NCBI GenBank assembly: GCA_965261545.1
Contig: CBDHDF010000002.1
Coordinates: 320,001 to 384,000 of the forward strand
DNA from: Bdellovibrionales bacterium
GTDB taxonomy: Bacteria > Bdellovibrionota > Bdellovibrionia > Bdellovibrionales > UBA1609
DNA: 64,000 nt
Direction: 5' to 3'
Shown here piece by piece: positions 43,689 to 55,269 of the stretch (position 1 is the stretch's first letter; every line of letters starts with the position of its first letter). The notes beneath the pieces were generated by a model. It saw nothing but the letters and a program-made list of their open reading frames with translations, did no database searches and was not told the origin of the DNA. The translations under genes and the position numbers were made by a program.

Positions 43689-44723
43689 TCAGGATTTTGT
43701 GTTTTTGACTTTTTTACGCAGCTTTTCCACGTCTTTGGAAGTGAGTCTAGTACATAGACAAATCGCTTCTACCTCAAAGCCATTTTGAATCATTCGTAAT
43801 GCCATCTCTTCACGACCCTCTTCACGACCCTCTTCACGACCCTCTTCACGACCCTCTTCACGACCCTTTTCACGACCCTCTTCACGACCCTTTTCACGAC
43901 CCTCTTCACGACCCTTCTTAAGGCCCTTTTCCTCAGCTTCATCCAAAGAACATTGCAATGCTGACATAACTCTTTGATCCTCCTCGATACTTTCTTTTTC
44001 AATCTTACTGAGCACACTTAGCGTGAAATTTGAATCGTTTCGGTGGATATAATCCACCGCCTTTTGAATAAGGAACTTTTGATCCTTCTCACCCAAGTTT
44101 GTACCCATCTGAAACAACTCCACAATGGTCTCATGGCGAAGCTTCCAGATACTACTCATTATAAGCAAAATCGGCCTAGAAAGCAAATTCCTGCCAACTC
44201 CATGGTAAAGGTTTATATCATGGATATTCAACAACTTACAACGAAAATTGAGGATATTCTTCCCAAATTTTTGTCTTAAAACGGGAGTGAGCCCATCCAG
44301 AGAATCTTGAAAATTCAGGGGACCTCTCCAGTGTTTTTGTCGTCCGTGATAGACCAGTATGGGAATGACTGGGTAATTCCAACGATTGTAAACAAGAGTC
44401 TGGTACCTCAGAATCTGCTGGAGTACTTGAGAATCCTGATGACTTTTGTGTTCGAGCAGAAAAAAAAGACGCACTCGTTTTTTGGACCCCTTGACTTGAA
44501 CTGAGAATAAAAGGTCAATACGCCGCTCATTGCCCTCTTCATCTGTAAAGACAGTTATTTCTGGTTTGAGAGTTTTCCAGTTAAAGAGCTTAAACTCCTG
44601 TGTCGTCAAGACAAGACGGAAAATGTCTAGGCAATATCTCTCATTCAGGAAAGTTTCATTGAATAGAGCATTATGGGCCTGAGACTGTTGTTTTCTTTTT
44701 TCTGAGGTTTTCTTTGGCAACAA
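43689..44723 (-). CDS. Rpn family nuclease, copy R5 (344 aa, longest GREE tract)
   Basis: Nine tandem 12-bp units at ~43808-43915. Confidence 0.9.
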   Translation of the reverse strand: MLPKKTSEKRKQQSQAHNALFNETFLNERYCLDIFRLVLTTQEFKLFNWKTLKPEITVFTDEEGNERRIDLLFSVQVKGSKKRVRLFFLLEHKSHQDSQVLQQILRYQTLVYNRWNYPVIPILVYHGRQKHWRGPLNFQDSLDGLTPVLRQKFGKNILNFRCKLLNIHDINLYHGVGRNLLSRPILLIMSSIWKLRHETIVELFQMGTNLGEKDQKFLIQKAVDYIHRNDSNFTLSVLSKIEKESIEEDQRVMSALQCSLDEAEEKGLKKGREEGREKGREEGREKGREEGREEGREEGREEGREEMALRMIQNGFEVEAICLCTRLTSKDVEKLRKKVKNTKS

Positions 44724-45054
44724 TGTCAGTCTTTCAAGTGAAGAGGGTTTAAGATGGGGTGGTTTAAGAAGATTATGGACAAGTGTATGAGTATGAGCAA
44801 GTGAGCGGAGTTATCTGTTCATAAATCATCAAGACAAGATAAATGGGGGTGGGTTCTCCGGTCAAGTCAGATCAAGTCAGAAAGTGGATTGGGGATGGTA
44901 CCTCTAGTGAAATTACATCCCATGATGACAGCGATATCACTCATACCTAGCCGATTCAGGAGACCATACCGTCATTATTTGGGGGGAGCTTGAGGCTTGG
45001 TATTTCAACAACAACATAGAAAAAGTGTGAGTTCTGACTGGATATAAAATTTAC

Positions 45055-45800
45055 TTGCAAGGCACTGTCGAGGCTCATGCCCTTTTACCTATATTTTTAT
45101 ATTCAGTCAGAATTCACGAAAAAGTTTCAGATTTGAATTTTTACAAGATTTATAATTCCCGTGAGGTGGATGTGATTATCAAGATCAACTCCTCTTTCGT
45201 CCATGAGATTTTCCACCCCACTCTCAATAAAGAAGCTTATGGAGCCTTTTACAGTGAGGAGTCTGTGAATACAGCGATTTACTGAGCCCTTTATACAGGA
45301 GAGCGCTCCGCTTGAAGAGTTATGGGAACGACAAGGACTATAAGAGCCAAAAGAACAGAAAGAAAAGACTGGAGGAGATTCTAAAAAAGGCGTCTTGTGA
45401 TGAGAAAACAAAGTACCGCCATTTTCCATGTGCCTTCTTGGTCAAAAAATATAAGTCGGCCCTTAAGAATATAAATAGCTCTGTGGTCCGAAAGCGTCTG
45501 CAGTCTTATTCCATTTTGAGAGATGAGGGACTGATTCCCAAGGATATCAGATTTATTCAAAAGGCCATGGAAAATTTGCCCCCCATTGAGAAGAAGAAAG
45601 CGGTTTTGCCCGTGGCCAATATGGTTGTCATGGAGCTTGTCAAAGAGGGGGAGTTTGACCTTGCCAAGACTTGGATCCACAAGCTTGAATCTGAGGGTTT
45701 TCTCACGCCCGATGAGTCCCAAGGAATCATCAAAGGACTGGAGCAGAATATCCAAAAGATTCAAGAGGTTCGGGAGATGATGGCTGCTTCGCCCGTATGA
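45055..45800 (+). pseudogene. Spermidine-synthase-like 3' fragment S5 (frameshifted)
   Basis: Same 1-bp deletion as S2. Confidence 0.85.
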
Positions 45801-46154
45801 TAACCCTTCTTGGGGTGTAATTCATGGGGGCGCCTTGCTCCCCACCCACGCCCATGAATGTTACCTTGGGGCATTGGGGACTTCGGGGGTGGCCCATTCA
45901 ATCGAAATAGACAGAGAAAGTCATGTAGGGGGCCATACACCTTCTTGGCTGATTGGCTCATTCAGTTTTACAATCTGATCCCTTCAAAAGATACACACAC
46001 CTCCTTAGGAATTTGCGGAGATGGTGGGGGTGGTGGGTATGGGAGCGATTCTTGCATATGTGCTTGTGAGGAGATATAAGTTTTATTGAGGCCCTAAAAT
46101 GGCCGATTTTAATCCATTCACCCGTTCATTTGATCATTCGAATGAAGGCGATGA

Positions 46155-46931
46155 ATGAAGGAGGCGTCAATGCCAGATAGTGCTAAGAAAGTAGGTCCTG
46201 AAGTTGTGTGGAAGCTTATGGAGAAGGTCGCAAAATCCCAAGAAGAGACAGACCGTCATTTTAAAGAGATGTCCAAGGAGGCTGATCTCCAACGGAAGGA
46301 GACAGACCATCACTTCAAAAAGATGTCCAAGGAGGCCGATCTCCAAAGGAAGGAGACAGACCGTCATTTTAAAGAGATGTCCAAGGAGGCCGAACTTCAA
46401 AGGGAGGAAGCCAAACTTCAAAGAAAGGAGACAGATCGTTATTTGAAAGAAATATCCAAAAAGGCAGATATTCGCCATGCCCACTTGGAAAAAAGAACAA
46501 GAGAACTCAATGAATTGTTTACGGGGCAATGGGGAAAACTGATAGAAAGTCTTGTTAAAGGTGACTTGGTAAGGCTTCTCAATGAAAGAAATATCCAAGT
46601 CATGGGGCTTGCTCAGGAAAGTTTTCGCAGGCGGAATGGAGAAGAATACGAGGTTGATATCATTGCAGTCAATGGGCGGGAGGTTGTTGTTGTGGAAGTA
46701 AAAACCACTTTAAAAAATCATCACCTTGACCATTTTATAGACAAGCTTGGCATGTTTAAAGATATTTTTCCAGAGTACAAAGACAAGATAGTTTATGGAG
46801 CCATAGCTTATTTGAAGGCTGATGAAGGGTCTCATCACAGGGCTGAAAAAGAAGGTCTTTTTGTGATCCGAGCCACGGGGAATAGTGCGACCCTTACGAA
46901 TAAGAAAAAGTTTTCCCCCAAGGTGTTTTAG
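46155..46931 (+). CDS. Coiled-coil + PD-(D/E)XK nuclease-like protein, copy A7 (258 aa)
   Basis: Paralog of A1. Confidence 0.85.
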   Translation: MKEASMPDSAKKVGPEVVWKLMEKVAKSQEETDRHFKEMSKEADLQRKETDHHFKKMSKEADLQRKETDRHFKEMSKEAELQREEAKLQRKETDRYLKEISKKADIRHAHLEKRTRELNELFTGQWGKLIESLVKGDLVRLLNERNIQVMGLAQESFRRRNGEEYEVDIIAVNGREVVVVEVKTTLKNHHLDHFIDKLGMFKDIFPEYKDKIVYGAIAYLKADEGSHHRAEKEGLFVIRATGNSATLTNKKKFSPKVF

Positions 46932-48017
46932 AGGTATTTGGGTGTTTTTAAGGCACTGTACCTATTCAAGGGGGCAGGGAGTTTACAGAGAGAGATTTAT
47001 ATTTTCTCTGGTAAGAAGGAGCAATTTACCTCTTGAACTCTGCGACCCCCATGAATGTTGCTCATGAGCAGCTTGCCTTTTTGGGTTCGTCGTTGTGTCG
47101 GAAAAGAGTTGTTCTCAGGATTTTGTGTTTTTGACTTTTTTACGCAGCTTTTCCACGTCTTTGGAAGTGAGTCTAGTACATAGACAAATCGCTTCTACCT
47201 CAAAGCCATTTTGAATCATTCGTAATGCCATCTCTTCACGACCCTCTTCACGACCCTTCTCGATACCCTTCTTAAGGCCCTTTCTCATTCCCTTTTCCTC
47301 AGCTTCATCCAAAGAACATTGCAATGCTGACATAACTCTTTGATCCTCCTCGATACTTTCTTTTTCAATCTTACTGAGTACATTTAAAGTAAAATCTGGA
47401 TCGTTTCGGTGGATATAATCCACCGCTTTTTGAATAAGGAACTTTTGATCCTTCTCATCCAAGTTTATACCCATCTGAAACAGCTCCACAATGGTCTCAT
47501 GGCGAAGCTTCCAGATACTACTCATTATAAGCAAAATCGGCCTAGAAAGCAAATTCCTGCCAACTCCATGGTAAAGGTTTATATCATGGATATTCAACAA
47601 CTTACAACGAAAATTGAGGATATTCTTCCCAAATTTTTGTCTTAAAACGGGAGTGAGTCCATCCAGAGAGTCTTGAAAATTCAGGGGACCCCTCCAGTGT
47701 TTTTGTCGTCCGTGATAGACCAGTATGGGAATGACTGGGTAATTCCAACGATTGTAAACAAGGGTCTGGTACCTCAGAATTTGTTGAAGAACTTGAGAAT
47801 CCTGATGACTTTTGTGTTCGAGCAGAAAAAAAAGACGCACTCGTTTTTTGGACCCCTTGACTTGAACTGAGAATAAAAGGTCAATACGCCGCTCATTGCC
47901 CTCTTCATCTGTAAAGACAGTTATTTCTGGTTTGAGAGTTTTCCAGTTAAAGAGCTTAAACTCCTGTGTCGTCAAGACAAGACGGAAAATGTCTAGGCAA
48001 TATCCAATGCCGTTTCC

Positions 48018-49064
48018 TTAAGCCACCACACCCCTCTGCCTCTGCGTTAAGCTATTTCTTTTAAAAGAACTCCCAGCCCTTTTGATAGACCTTTCATAGC
48101 TTCTTTTGAAGTGCCTCCTCTTCTCCATTGAAATCTTCATCAGCAACTTTATCTGCTTCCTAAATTTCTGATAGAGCCCCGCAACAAAAAGAGGGATGCT
48201 ATCCATTATGAAATCAAGAATCAGTTTAAAGTTAGGTTTTTTGTAGTCATTTTTTACCAACTGATTCACACTGTCTTCATCCTCATTTATGCTCATTTGA
48301 ATCTTTGTATAATTGAAGAGCCAAAAATAAGAATACAGCTCTTGCAATATTCCATTAAGGCTTGTTGAGTGCCACTGCTCCATTTTCATTGTCGATGTAA
48401 AATCACGAAATGTCGTTTCTATTTCCCAACGACGAGAGTAAAGAGCAACCATATCCTTCTTGTCCAAGGAGCCATGCGGAAGATTAGTGGCCAAAACAGA
48501 GAACTCCCCAGTCTTTGGGTTTTTATACTTATAGAGATGAATGACCACCCCCTCAATAACCATTTGTGAATACCAACCTGGGCCATTAAATAAATTTACG
48601 ATGGGGATAAAAGTAGAGCCTCGCTTACAACGCGCAATAAAGAAGTTACTGGCTTGAGCATGGGCCTTAATAATCTCTGTAGATAAATAAAGCCTATCGT
48701 AGAGAGTTATGCTATTACTCTCAAAACTACCTATCATTTGAATAGCATTGGCGATTTCGTTGAGAGCGGGAGAATAGCAAAGATTCTTTGTCACACCCGA
48801 TAAAACGTCATAAGCATGAGATAGATACATACGTAAGAAATGAGTTTCCATCTCATTTGGGCAAGGGTACCCACAATAACCCTCCTTTAAAAGATCTTTA
48901 GAGCGAGGAAGTGCTAATTGGTCGCCATCTATGGCATAGATATAAAAACCATGAAACGTTTTTCTCAATGGTTCGTAGTCTGTAATCAGAGATTCAAAGA
49001 TATCTTTGAAAAATAGGTAAGAAATACTTTGACGTATCTTGCTGAGACTGCTTTTGACTGGCAT
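48018..49064 (-). CDS. IS4-family transposase
   Basis: Near-identical to 26896-27936. Confidence 0.85.
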   Translation of the reverse strand: MPVKSSLSKIRQSISYLFFKDIFESLITDYEPLRKTFHGFYIYAIDGDQLALPRSKDLLKEGYCGYPCPNEMETHFLRMYLSHAYDVLSGVTKNLCYSPALNEIANAIQMIGSFESNSITLYDRLYLSTEIIKAHAQASNFFIARCKRGSTFIPIVNLFNGPGWYSQMVIEGVVIHLYKYKNPKTGEFSVLATNLPHGSLDKKDMVALYSRRWEIETTFRDFTSTMKMEQWHSTSLNGILQELYSYFWLFNYTKIQMSINEDEDSVNQLVKNDYKKPNFKLILDFIMDSIPLFVAGLYQKFRKQIKLLMKISMEKRRHFKRSYERSIKRAGSSFKRNSLTQRQRGVVA

Positions 49065-49317
49065 GAGAAGCAGGTCACCAAAATGAGTCCATACCGTCTT
49101 AAGAGCGATTTGGTAGCCTTCGTAATTTGTTCCTGAAATAAGATAGATAATGGTAAAAAAGAAAATTTGAGGATTAAATTTTCGATTCCTTTTTTGTTTT
49201 TCTGGATCGACAAGGTGCTCTGGCTTGAAGGAAGAATCAAGTTTTGGTAGAATAAAATGGTCATCTGTGACGCGAACTCGTCATTTGGGGGCTTTCGAGA
49301 TCAATATTGGATTGCAT

Positions 49318-49915
49318 CCTGAAATCCCTAAAAGTTGTAACTAGGTTTAATGTATTGCGTTAACTCTCTTTTCCTATGGAATTGGCTACTATCAACGGTT
49401 TGAGAGGTTTAATAGTATTAATATATTTAATATGACTCATAAAAATCTTCTTCGAAAGGTCCTTCGTTCCCATTGGATCGACAATATAAATTAGGCATAG
49501 TGGTAGCCTGCTTCTCTTCCTTGTCCCAAAAGCTTTTAACTTTATAGAGATAGGTTTTTCTTCAGTAACCCTCTCCAAAATTAGTTTCAGCTCCTATAGC
49601 CTGTTTCATGTGTTCTTGGAGAAAGATATATCGCAGATTTTTCCTCTATTTGAAACAATTTTGAGAGATATTTCTTTCATTAAGATTATTATAAGAGTAC
49701 ACAGTTTAAAATAGCTCTGCCAAGTTTCAAAACGAATCTAATGGCAAGAACTACTTGTTTTTTCCTTGGTTTTTTTGCTCAAATCTGTATGACATCGTTA
49801 ATATTGTAACTATGCTTTTGAAGAGATGAAAATCTCTTAATCAAAGTGAAGGCCTTCTCAGACAATAATCAGGACTTAAGTCCTATACCTAGTTACAACT
49901 TTTAGGGATTTCAGG
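49318..49915. mobile_element. 598-bp non-autonomous IS1634-type MITE
   Basis: Perfect 29-bp TIR CCTGAAATCCCTAAAAGTTGTAACTAGGT; 6-bp TSD TTGCAT; no transposase. Confidence 0.9.
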
Positions 49916-50098
49916 TTGCATGTAACTTACTCCTTGGTTGAGGGTTGGGTGTAAAATAAAACAAGTCTTATTCTTGTCGATTTATCTAATGATTTCAAGA
50001 GATTTTTCTTAAGGAAACGGCATTGAGGCAATATCTCTCATTCAGGAAAGTTTCATTGAATAGAGCATTATGGGCCTGAGACTGTTGTTTTCTTTTTT

Positions 50099-51826
50099 GG
50101 GTATATCCGAGTTTCTCAACAGAAAATGGGCCTAATTTCGACGTCGCAGAATTACCGCATTAAAAACCAAGAAAATAATTCAATTTCCATGATTTATCCC
50201 CCTCATTACTTTACCCATAAAAAACCATGGTTTAATCTCTTAATTTACTTATTGGAAAATAATACAGGAGATGCCATGGTCTTGAATAAGTTTATTATAA
50301 AGATGTTGAAATTATCATTCTTAAAAGTGACTTGGGTTAAATTTAAAAATCGAAATCAAGAACTTCACTTAGGGGTTAAACCCCATAAGAATGGCTGCCG
50401 TTGTCCTCATTGTGGACGCCGCTGTAAGATACTTAGATGCTTAGAAGAAAGAGTGTGGCGAGATATCGTCGTGTGCGGTACCCCCATTTATTTCCATTAT
50501 TCTCCGAAGGAAGTTCTGTGTCCCACTCATGGTCGTATTATGGAGAGAATTCCTTGGGCCGACCACTTCAGTCGAGTCACCTATCGTCTGGAACTAACAA
50601 TTCTGACCCTGACCAAGCAGATGACCCAAAAAGCCGTTTCAGAGCTTGTCAAGATACCCACATCCACCTTATCTGATCTTATTCATCGAATCATCCACAG
50701 GGAACGAGATGGTCACAAAATTCGTGGTTTGGAGGTCATTGGAGTCGATGAAATTTCTTATGCTAAGGGAAGGAAGTTTATTACCTTGATTTACGACATG
50801 AAGAAAGGCTGTGTCGTTTGGATTGGAAAAGGTAAGGGTAAGGAGTAAGGAGACAATAGACTCCTTTTTTACAAAGGAACTCAGCCAATATCAGCGAGAC
50901 AAAATTAGAGTGGCTTGTTGTGATATGGCTCAAGGCTACATCTCCTCTATCAAGGAGCATTGTAAGAATGCTACTCTCGTTTTGGACAAATTTCACATTA
51001 TTCAATCCCTCAACAGGGCTGTGGATGAGGTGAGAAAAGAAATTTGGAGAGATGCCTGCAAGAAGGACAGAAAGGCTATTAAGGGAACTCGCTGGTTGAT
51101 AGCCTACAGTTCATCCTCTCGTAGTAAAGCCCAAACTCGTAAAATTAACCTCATGGAGAAATCTAACAATAAAATATTCAGAGCATGGCTGCTTAAAGAT
51201 AATTTTGAGCATTTCTGGGATTATGTGAGTCCAGGTCATGCTGCGAATTTTCTGAAGGCCTGGATCACTCGTGCCTTAAGATCACGCATTGATTCTATGA
51301 AAAAGTTTGCCTTGATGCTCAGGAAGCACCAAGAAAATATTCTTTCCTTCATTAAAGATCCTGTCACAAATGCCAAGGCTGAGGGAATCAATCGCCTTCT
51401 AAAGATCATAAAAAATCGGGCTTCAGGATTTAAGAACCTACAGGGTTTTGAGAATATGATTTACTTGTGTGCTGGGGATTTGGATATTGTTGGAAGTTTC
51501 CCCAAGCGTTTTTGTACATTATAGTTTTTATTGTCGATCAACATTTCTTTTTCCAATTCACCTCCCCATACTAACTCCGCCAAGATGAGTCAGTTATCCA
51601 CAGACTCATCCATGGCGACGCTGCGGCTATGGCCCTCGGGAGCCACAATAAAGCAGCGCTGCTGTGGGTGAGTCTTGTGGATAACGGCGGCTCTCCAGAC
51701 AAGTGATTTGGTAGCCCTGTCCTCCGTGTTTTTATGTACAAATCTTAGGAATAACCTGTACATCCAGTTTTTAGCTATTTCCCTAGGGAATTTGGACTTT
51801 AGGCTCCGAGAAACTCGGATATAGCC
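50099..51826 (+). mobile_element. ISL3-family insertion sequence (1728 bp)
   Basis: TIR GG(G/C)TATATCCGAGTTTCTC; 8-bp TSD TCTTTTTT. Confidence 0.92.
50126..51524 (+). pseudogene. ISL3 transposase, frameshifted by a 7-bp duplication
   Basis: CPHCG zinc finger, IGVDEIS, CCDM, LDKFHII and TNAKAEGIN motifs; TAAGGAG duplicated at ~50839-50852. Confidence 0.88.
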
Positions 51827-52188
51827 TCTTTTTTCTGAGGTTTTCTTTGGCAACAATGTCAGTCTTTCAAGTGAAGAGGGTTTAAGATGGGGTGGTTTAA
51901 GAAGATTATGGACAAGTGTATGAGTATGAGCAAGTGAGCGGAGTTATCTGTTCATAAATCATCAAGACAAGATAAAAGGGGGTGGGTTCTCCGGTCAAGT
52001 CAGATCAAGTCAGAAAGTGGATTGGGGATGGTACCTCTAGTGAAATTACATCCCATGATGACAGCGATATCACTCATACCTAGCCGATTCAGGAGACCAT
52101 ACCGTCATTATTTGGGGGGGAGCTTGAGGCTTGGTATTTCAACAACAACATAGAAAAAGTGTGAGTTCTGACTGGATATAAAATTTAC

Positions 52189-52934
52189 TTGCAAGGCACT
52201 GTCGAGGCTCATGCCCTTTTACCTATATTTTTATATCCAGTCAGAACTCACGAAAAAGTTTCAGATTTGAATTTTTACAAGATTTATAATTCCCGTGAGG
52301 TGGATGTGATTATCAAGACCAACTCCTCTTTCGTCCATGAGATTTTCCACCCCACTCTCAATAAAGAAGCTTATGGAGCCTTTTACAGTGAGGAGTCTGT
52401 GAATACAGCGAATTTACTGAGCCCTTTATACAGGAGAGCGCTCCGCTTGAAGAGTTATGGGAACGACAAGGACTATAAGAGCCAAAAGAACAGAAAGAAA
52501 AGACTGGAGGAGATTTAAAAAAGGCGTCTTGTGATGAGAAAACAAAGTACCGCCATTTTCCATGTGCCTTCTTGGTCAAAAAATATAAGTCGGCCCTTAA
52601 GAATATAAATAGCTCTGTGGTCCGAAAGCGTCTGCAGTCTTATTCCATTTTGAGAGATGAGGGACTGATTCCCAAGGATATCAGCTTTATTCAAAAGGCC
52701 ATGGAAAATTTGCCCCCCATTGAGAAGAAGAAAGCGGTTTTGCCCGTGGCCAATATGGTTGTCATGGAGCTTGTCAAAGAGGGGGAGTTTGACCTTGCCA
52801 AGACTTGGATCCACAAGCTTGAATCTGAGGGTTTTCTCACGCCCGATGAGTCCCAAGGAATCATCAAAGGACTGGAGCAGAATATCCAAAAGATTCAAGA
52901 GGTTCGGGAGATGATGGCTGCTTCGCCCGTATGA
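52189..52934 (+). pseudogene. Spermidine-synthase-like 3' fragment S6 (frameshifted)
   Basis: ORFs 52189-52518 and 52572-52934. Confidence 0.8.
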
Positions 52935-53294
52935 TAACCCTTCTTGGGGTGTAATTCATGGGGGCGCCTGCTCCCCACCCACGCCCATGAATGTTACCTT
53001 GGGGCATTGGGGACTTCGGGGGTGGCCCATTCAACCGAAATAGACAGAAAAAGTCATATAGGGGGCCAGACACCTTCTTGGCTGATTGGCTCATTCAGTT
53101 TTACATTTACAATCTGATCCCTTCAAAAGATCACACCACACCTCCTTAGGAATTTGCGGAGATGGTGGGAGTGGTGGGTATGGGAGCATTTCTTGCATAT
53201 GTGCTTGTGAGGAGATATAAGTTTTATTGAGGCCCTAAAATGGCCGATTTTAATCCATTCACTGTTCATTTGATCATTCGAATGAAGGCGATGA

Positions 53295-54092
53295 ATGAAG
53301 GAGGCGTCAATGCCAGATAGTGCTAAGAAAGTAGGTCCTGAAGTTGTGTGGAAGCTTATGGAGAAGGTCGCAAAATCCCAAGAAGAGACAGACCGTCATT
53401 TTAAAGAGATGTCCAAGGAGGCTGATCTCCAACGGAAGGAGAGAGACCATCACTTCAAAAAGATGTCCAAGGAGGCCGATCTCCAAAGGAAGGAGACAGA
53501 CCGTCATTTCAAAGAGATGTCCAAGGAGGCCGAACTTCAAAGGGAGGAAGCCAAACTTCAAAGGGAGAAGGCCGACCTTGAAAGGAAGGAGACAGATCGT
53601 TATTTGAAAGAAATATCCAAAAAGGCAGATATTCGCCATGCTCACTTGGAAAAAAGAACAAGAGAACTCAACGAATTGTTTACGGGACAATGGGGAAAAC
53701 TGATAGAAAGCCTTGTTAAAGGTGACTTGGTAAGACTTCTCAATGAAAGAAATATCCAAGTGATGGGGCTTGCCCAGGAAAATTTTCGTAGGCGGAATGG
53801 AGAAGAATACGAGGTTGATATCATTGCAGTCAATGGGCGGGAGGTTGTTGTTGTGGAAGTAAAAACCACTTTAAAAAATCATCACCTTGACCATTTTATA
53901 GAAAAGCTCGGCATGTTTAAAGATATTTTTCCAGAGTACAAAGACAAGATAATTTACGGTGCCATAGCTTATTTGAAGGCCAATGAAGGGGCTCATAACA
54001 AGGCTGAAAAAAAAGGTCTTTTTGTAATCCGAGCTACCGGCAATAGTGCCACCATCACCAATCAAAAAGAATTTTCTCCGAAGGTGTTCTAA
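53295..54092 (+). CDS. Coiled-coil + PD-(D/E)XK nuclease-like protein, copy A8 (265 aa, variant C-terminus)
   Basis: Same C-terminal allele as A3. Confidence 0.85.
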   Translation: MKEASMPDSAKKVGPEVVWKLMEKVAKSQEETDRHFKEMSKEADLQRKERDHHFKKMSKEADLQRKETDRHFKEMSKEAELQREEAKLQREKADLERKETDRYLKEISKKADIRHAHLEKRTRELNELFTGQWGKLIESLVKGDLVRLLNERNIQVMGLAQENFRRRNGEEYEVDIIAVNGREVVVVEVKTTLKNHHLDHFIEKLGMFKDIFPEYKDKIIYGAIAYLKANEGAHNKAEKKGLFVIRATGNSATITNQKEFSPKVF

Positions 54093-54118
54093 GGCAAAAA
54101 GGACTTTGATACCTCGTT

Positions 54119-54288
54119 AAAGAAGCTTATGGAGCCTTTTACAGTGACGAGTCTGTAGATACAGCGAGTCTACTGAGCCCTTTGTACAGGAGAGTGCTCA
54201 ACTTGAAGAGTCATGGGAACGACAAAGACTATAAAAGCCAAAAAAAAAGAAAGAAGAGGCTGGAGGAGATTCTTAAAAAGCGTCTTGT
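54119..54288 (+). pseudogene. Short spermidine-synthase-like fragment (second copy)
   Basis: Near-identical to 31411-31580. Confidence 0.75.
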
Positions 54289-54441
54289 ATTGGCTTTTTT
54301 GTAAACCTTGGTGTTTTTGAATGCTTTGTGGGCATAGAAGATGAGGTTAAAATGAAGATAATGGACTTATTTTTGCATGTGCCTTTGTTGTGTGATATTT
54401 GTGAAATGAAACCAATGGGTGAAGTCAAGTGAAGCCAATGA

Positions 54442-55227
54442 ATGATGGAGGTATCAATGTCAGATAGTGCTAAGAAAGTAGGTCCTGAAGTTGTGTGGAA
54501 GCTTATGGAGAAGGTAGCAAAATCCCAAGAAGAGACAAGTCTCCAACAGAAGGAGACAGACCGTCATTTCAAAGAGATGTCCAAGGAGGCTGATCTCCAA
54601 AGGAAGGAGGCCGATCTCCAAAGGAAGGAGACAGACCATCACTTCAAAAAGATGTCCAAGGAGGCCGAACTTCAAAGGGAGGAAGCCAAACTTCAAAGGG
54701 AGAAGGCCGACCTTGAAAGGAAGGAGACAGATCGTTATTTGAAAGAAATATCCAAAAAGGCAGATATTCGCCATGCTCACTTGGAAAAAAGAACAAGAGA
54801 ACTCAACGAATTGTTTACGGGGCAATGGGGAAAACTGATAGAAAGCCTTGTTAAAGGTGACTTGGTAAGGCTTCTCAATGAAAGAAATATCCAAGTGATG
54901 GGGCTTGCCCAGGAAAATTTTCGCAGGCGGAATGGAGAAGAATACGAGGTTGATATCATTGCAGTCAATGGGCGGGAGGTTGTTGTTGTGGAAGTAAAAA
55001 CCACTTTAAAAAATCAGCACCTTGACCATTTTATAGAAAAGCTCGGCATGTTTAAAGATATTTTTCCAGAGTACAAAGACAAGATAATTTACGGTGCCAT
55101 AGCTTATTTGAAGGCCAATGAAGGGGCTCATAACAAGGCTGAAAAAAAAGGTCTTTTTGTAATCCGAGCCACGGGGAATAGTGCGACCCTTACGAATAAG
55201 AAAAAGTTTTCCCCCAAGGTGTTTTAG
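54442..55227 (+). CDS. Coiled-coil + PD-(D/E)XK nuclease-like protein, copy A9 (261 aa, recombinant allele)
   Basis: A4-type N-terminus, A3/A8-type ANEGAHNK segment, A1-type LTNKKKF end. Confidence 0.85.
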   Translation: MMEVSMSDSAKKVGPEVVWKLMEKVAKSQEETSLQQKETDRHFKEMSKEADLQRKEADLQRKETDHHFKKMSKEAELQREEAKLQREKADLERKETDRYLKEISKKADIRHAHLEKRTRELNELFTGQWGKLIESLVKGDLVRLLNERNIQVMGLAQENFRRRNGEEYEVDIIAVNGREVVVVEVKTTLKNQHLDHFIEKLGMFKDIFPEYKDKIIYGAIAYLKANEGAHNKAEKKGLFVIRATGNSATLTNKKKFSPKVF

Positions 55228-55269
55228 AGGTATTTGGGTGTTCTTAAGGCACTGTACCTATTCAAGGGG

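Larger units (their letters stand above)
48005..50025 (-). mobile_element. IS4-family copy 2, carrying a nested MITE
   Basis: Same 18-bp TIR; TSD AGGCAATATC. Confidence 0.95.
47115..51856 (-). pseudogene. Rpn copy R6 (most divergent allele), 5' end interrupted by ISL3 and IS4
   Basis: Start MLPKKTSEKR at 51856, internal piece 50026-50098, remainder 47115-48004; allele DPDFTLNV...GMRKGLKKGIEK. Confidence 0.88.
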
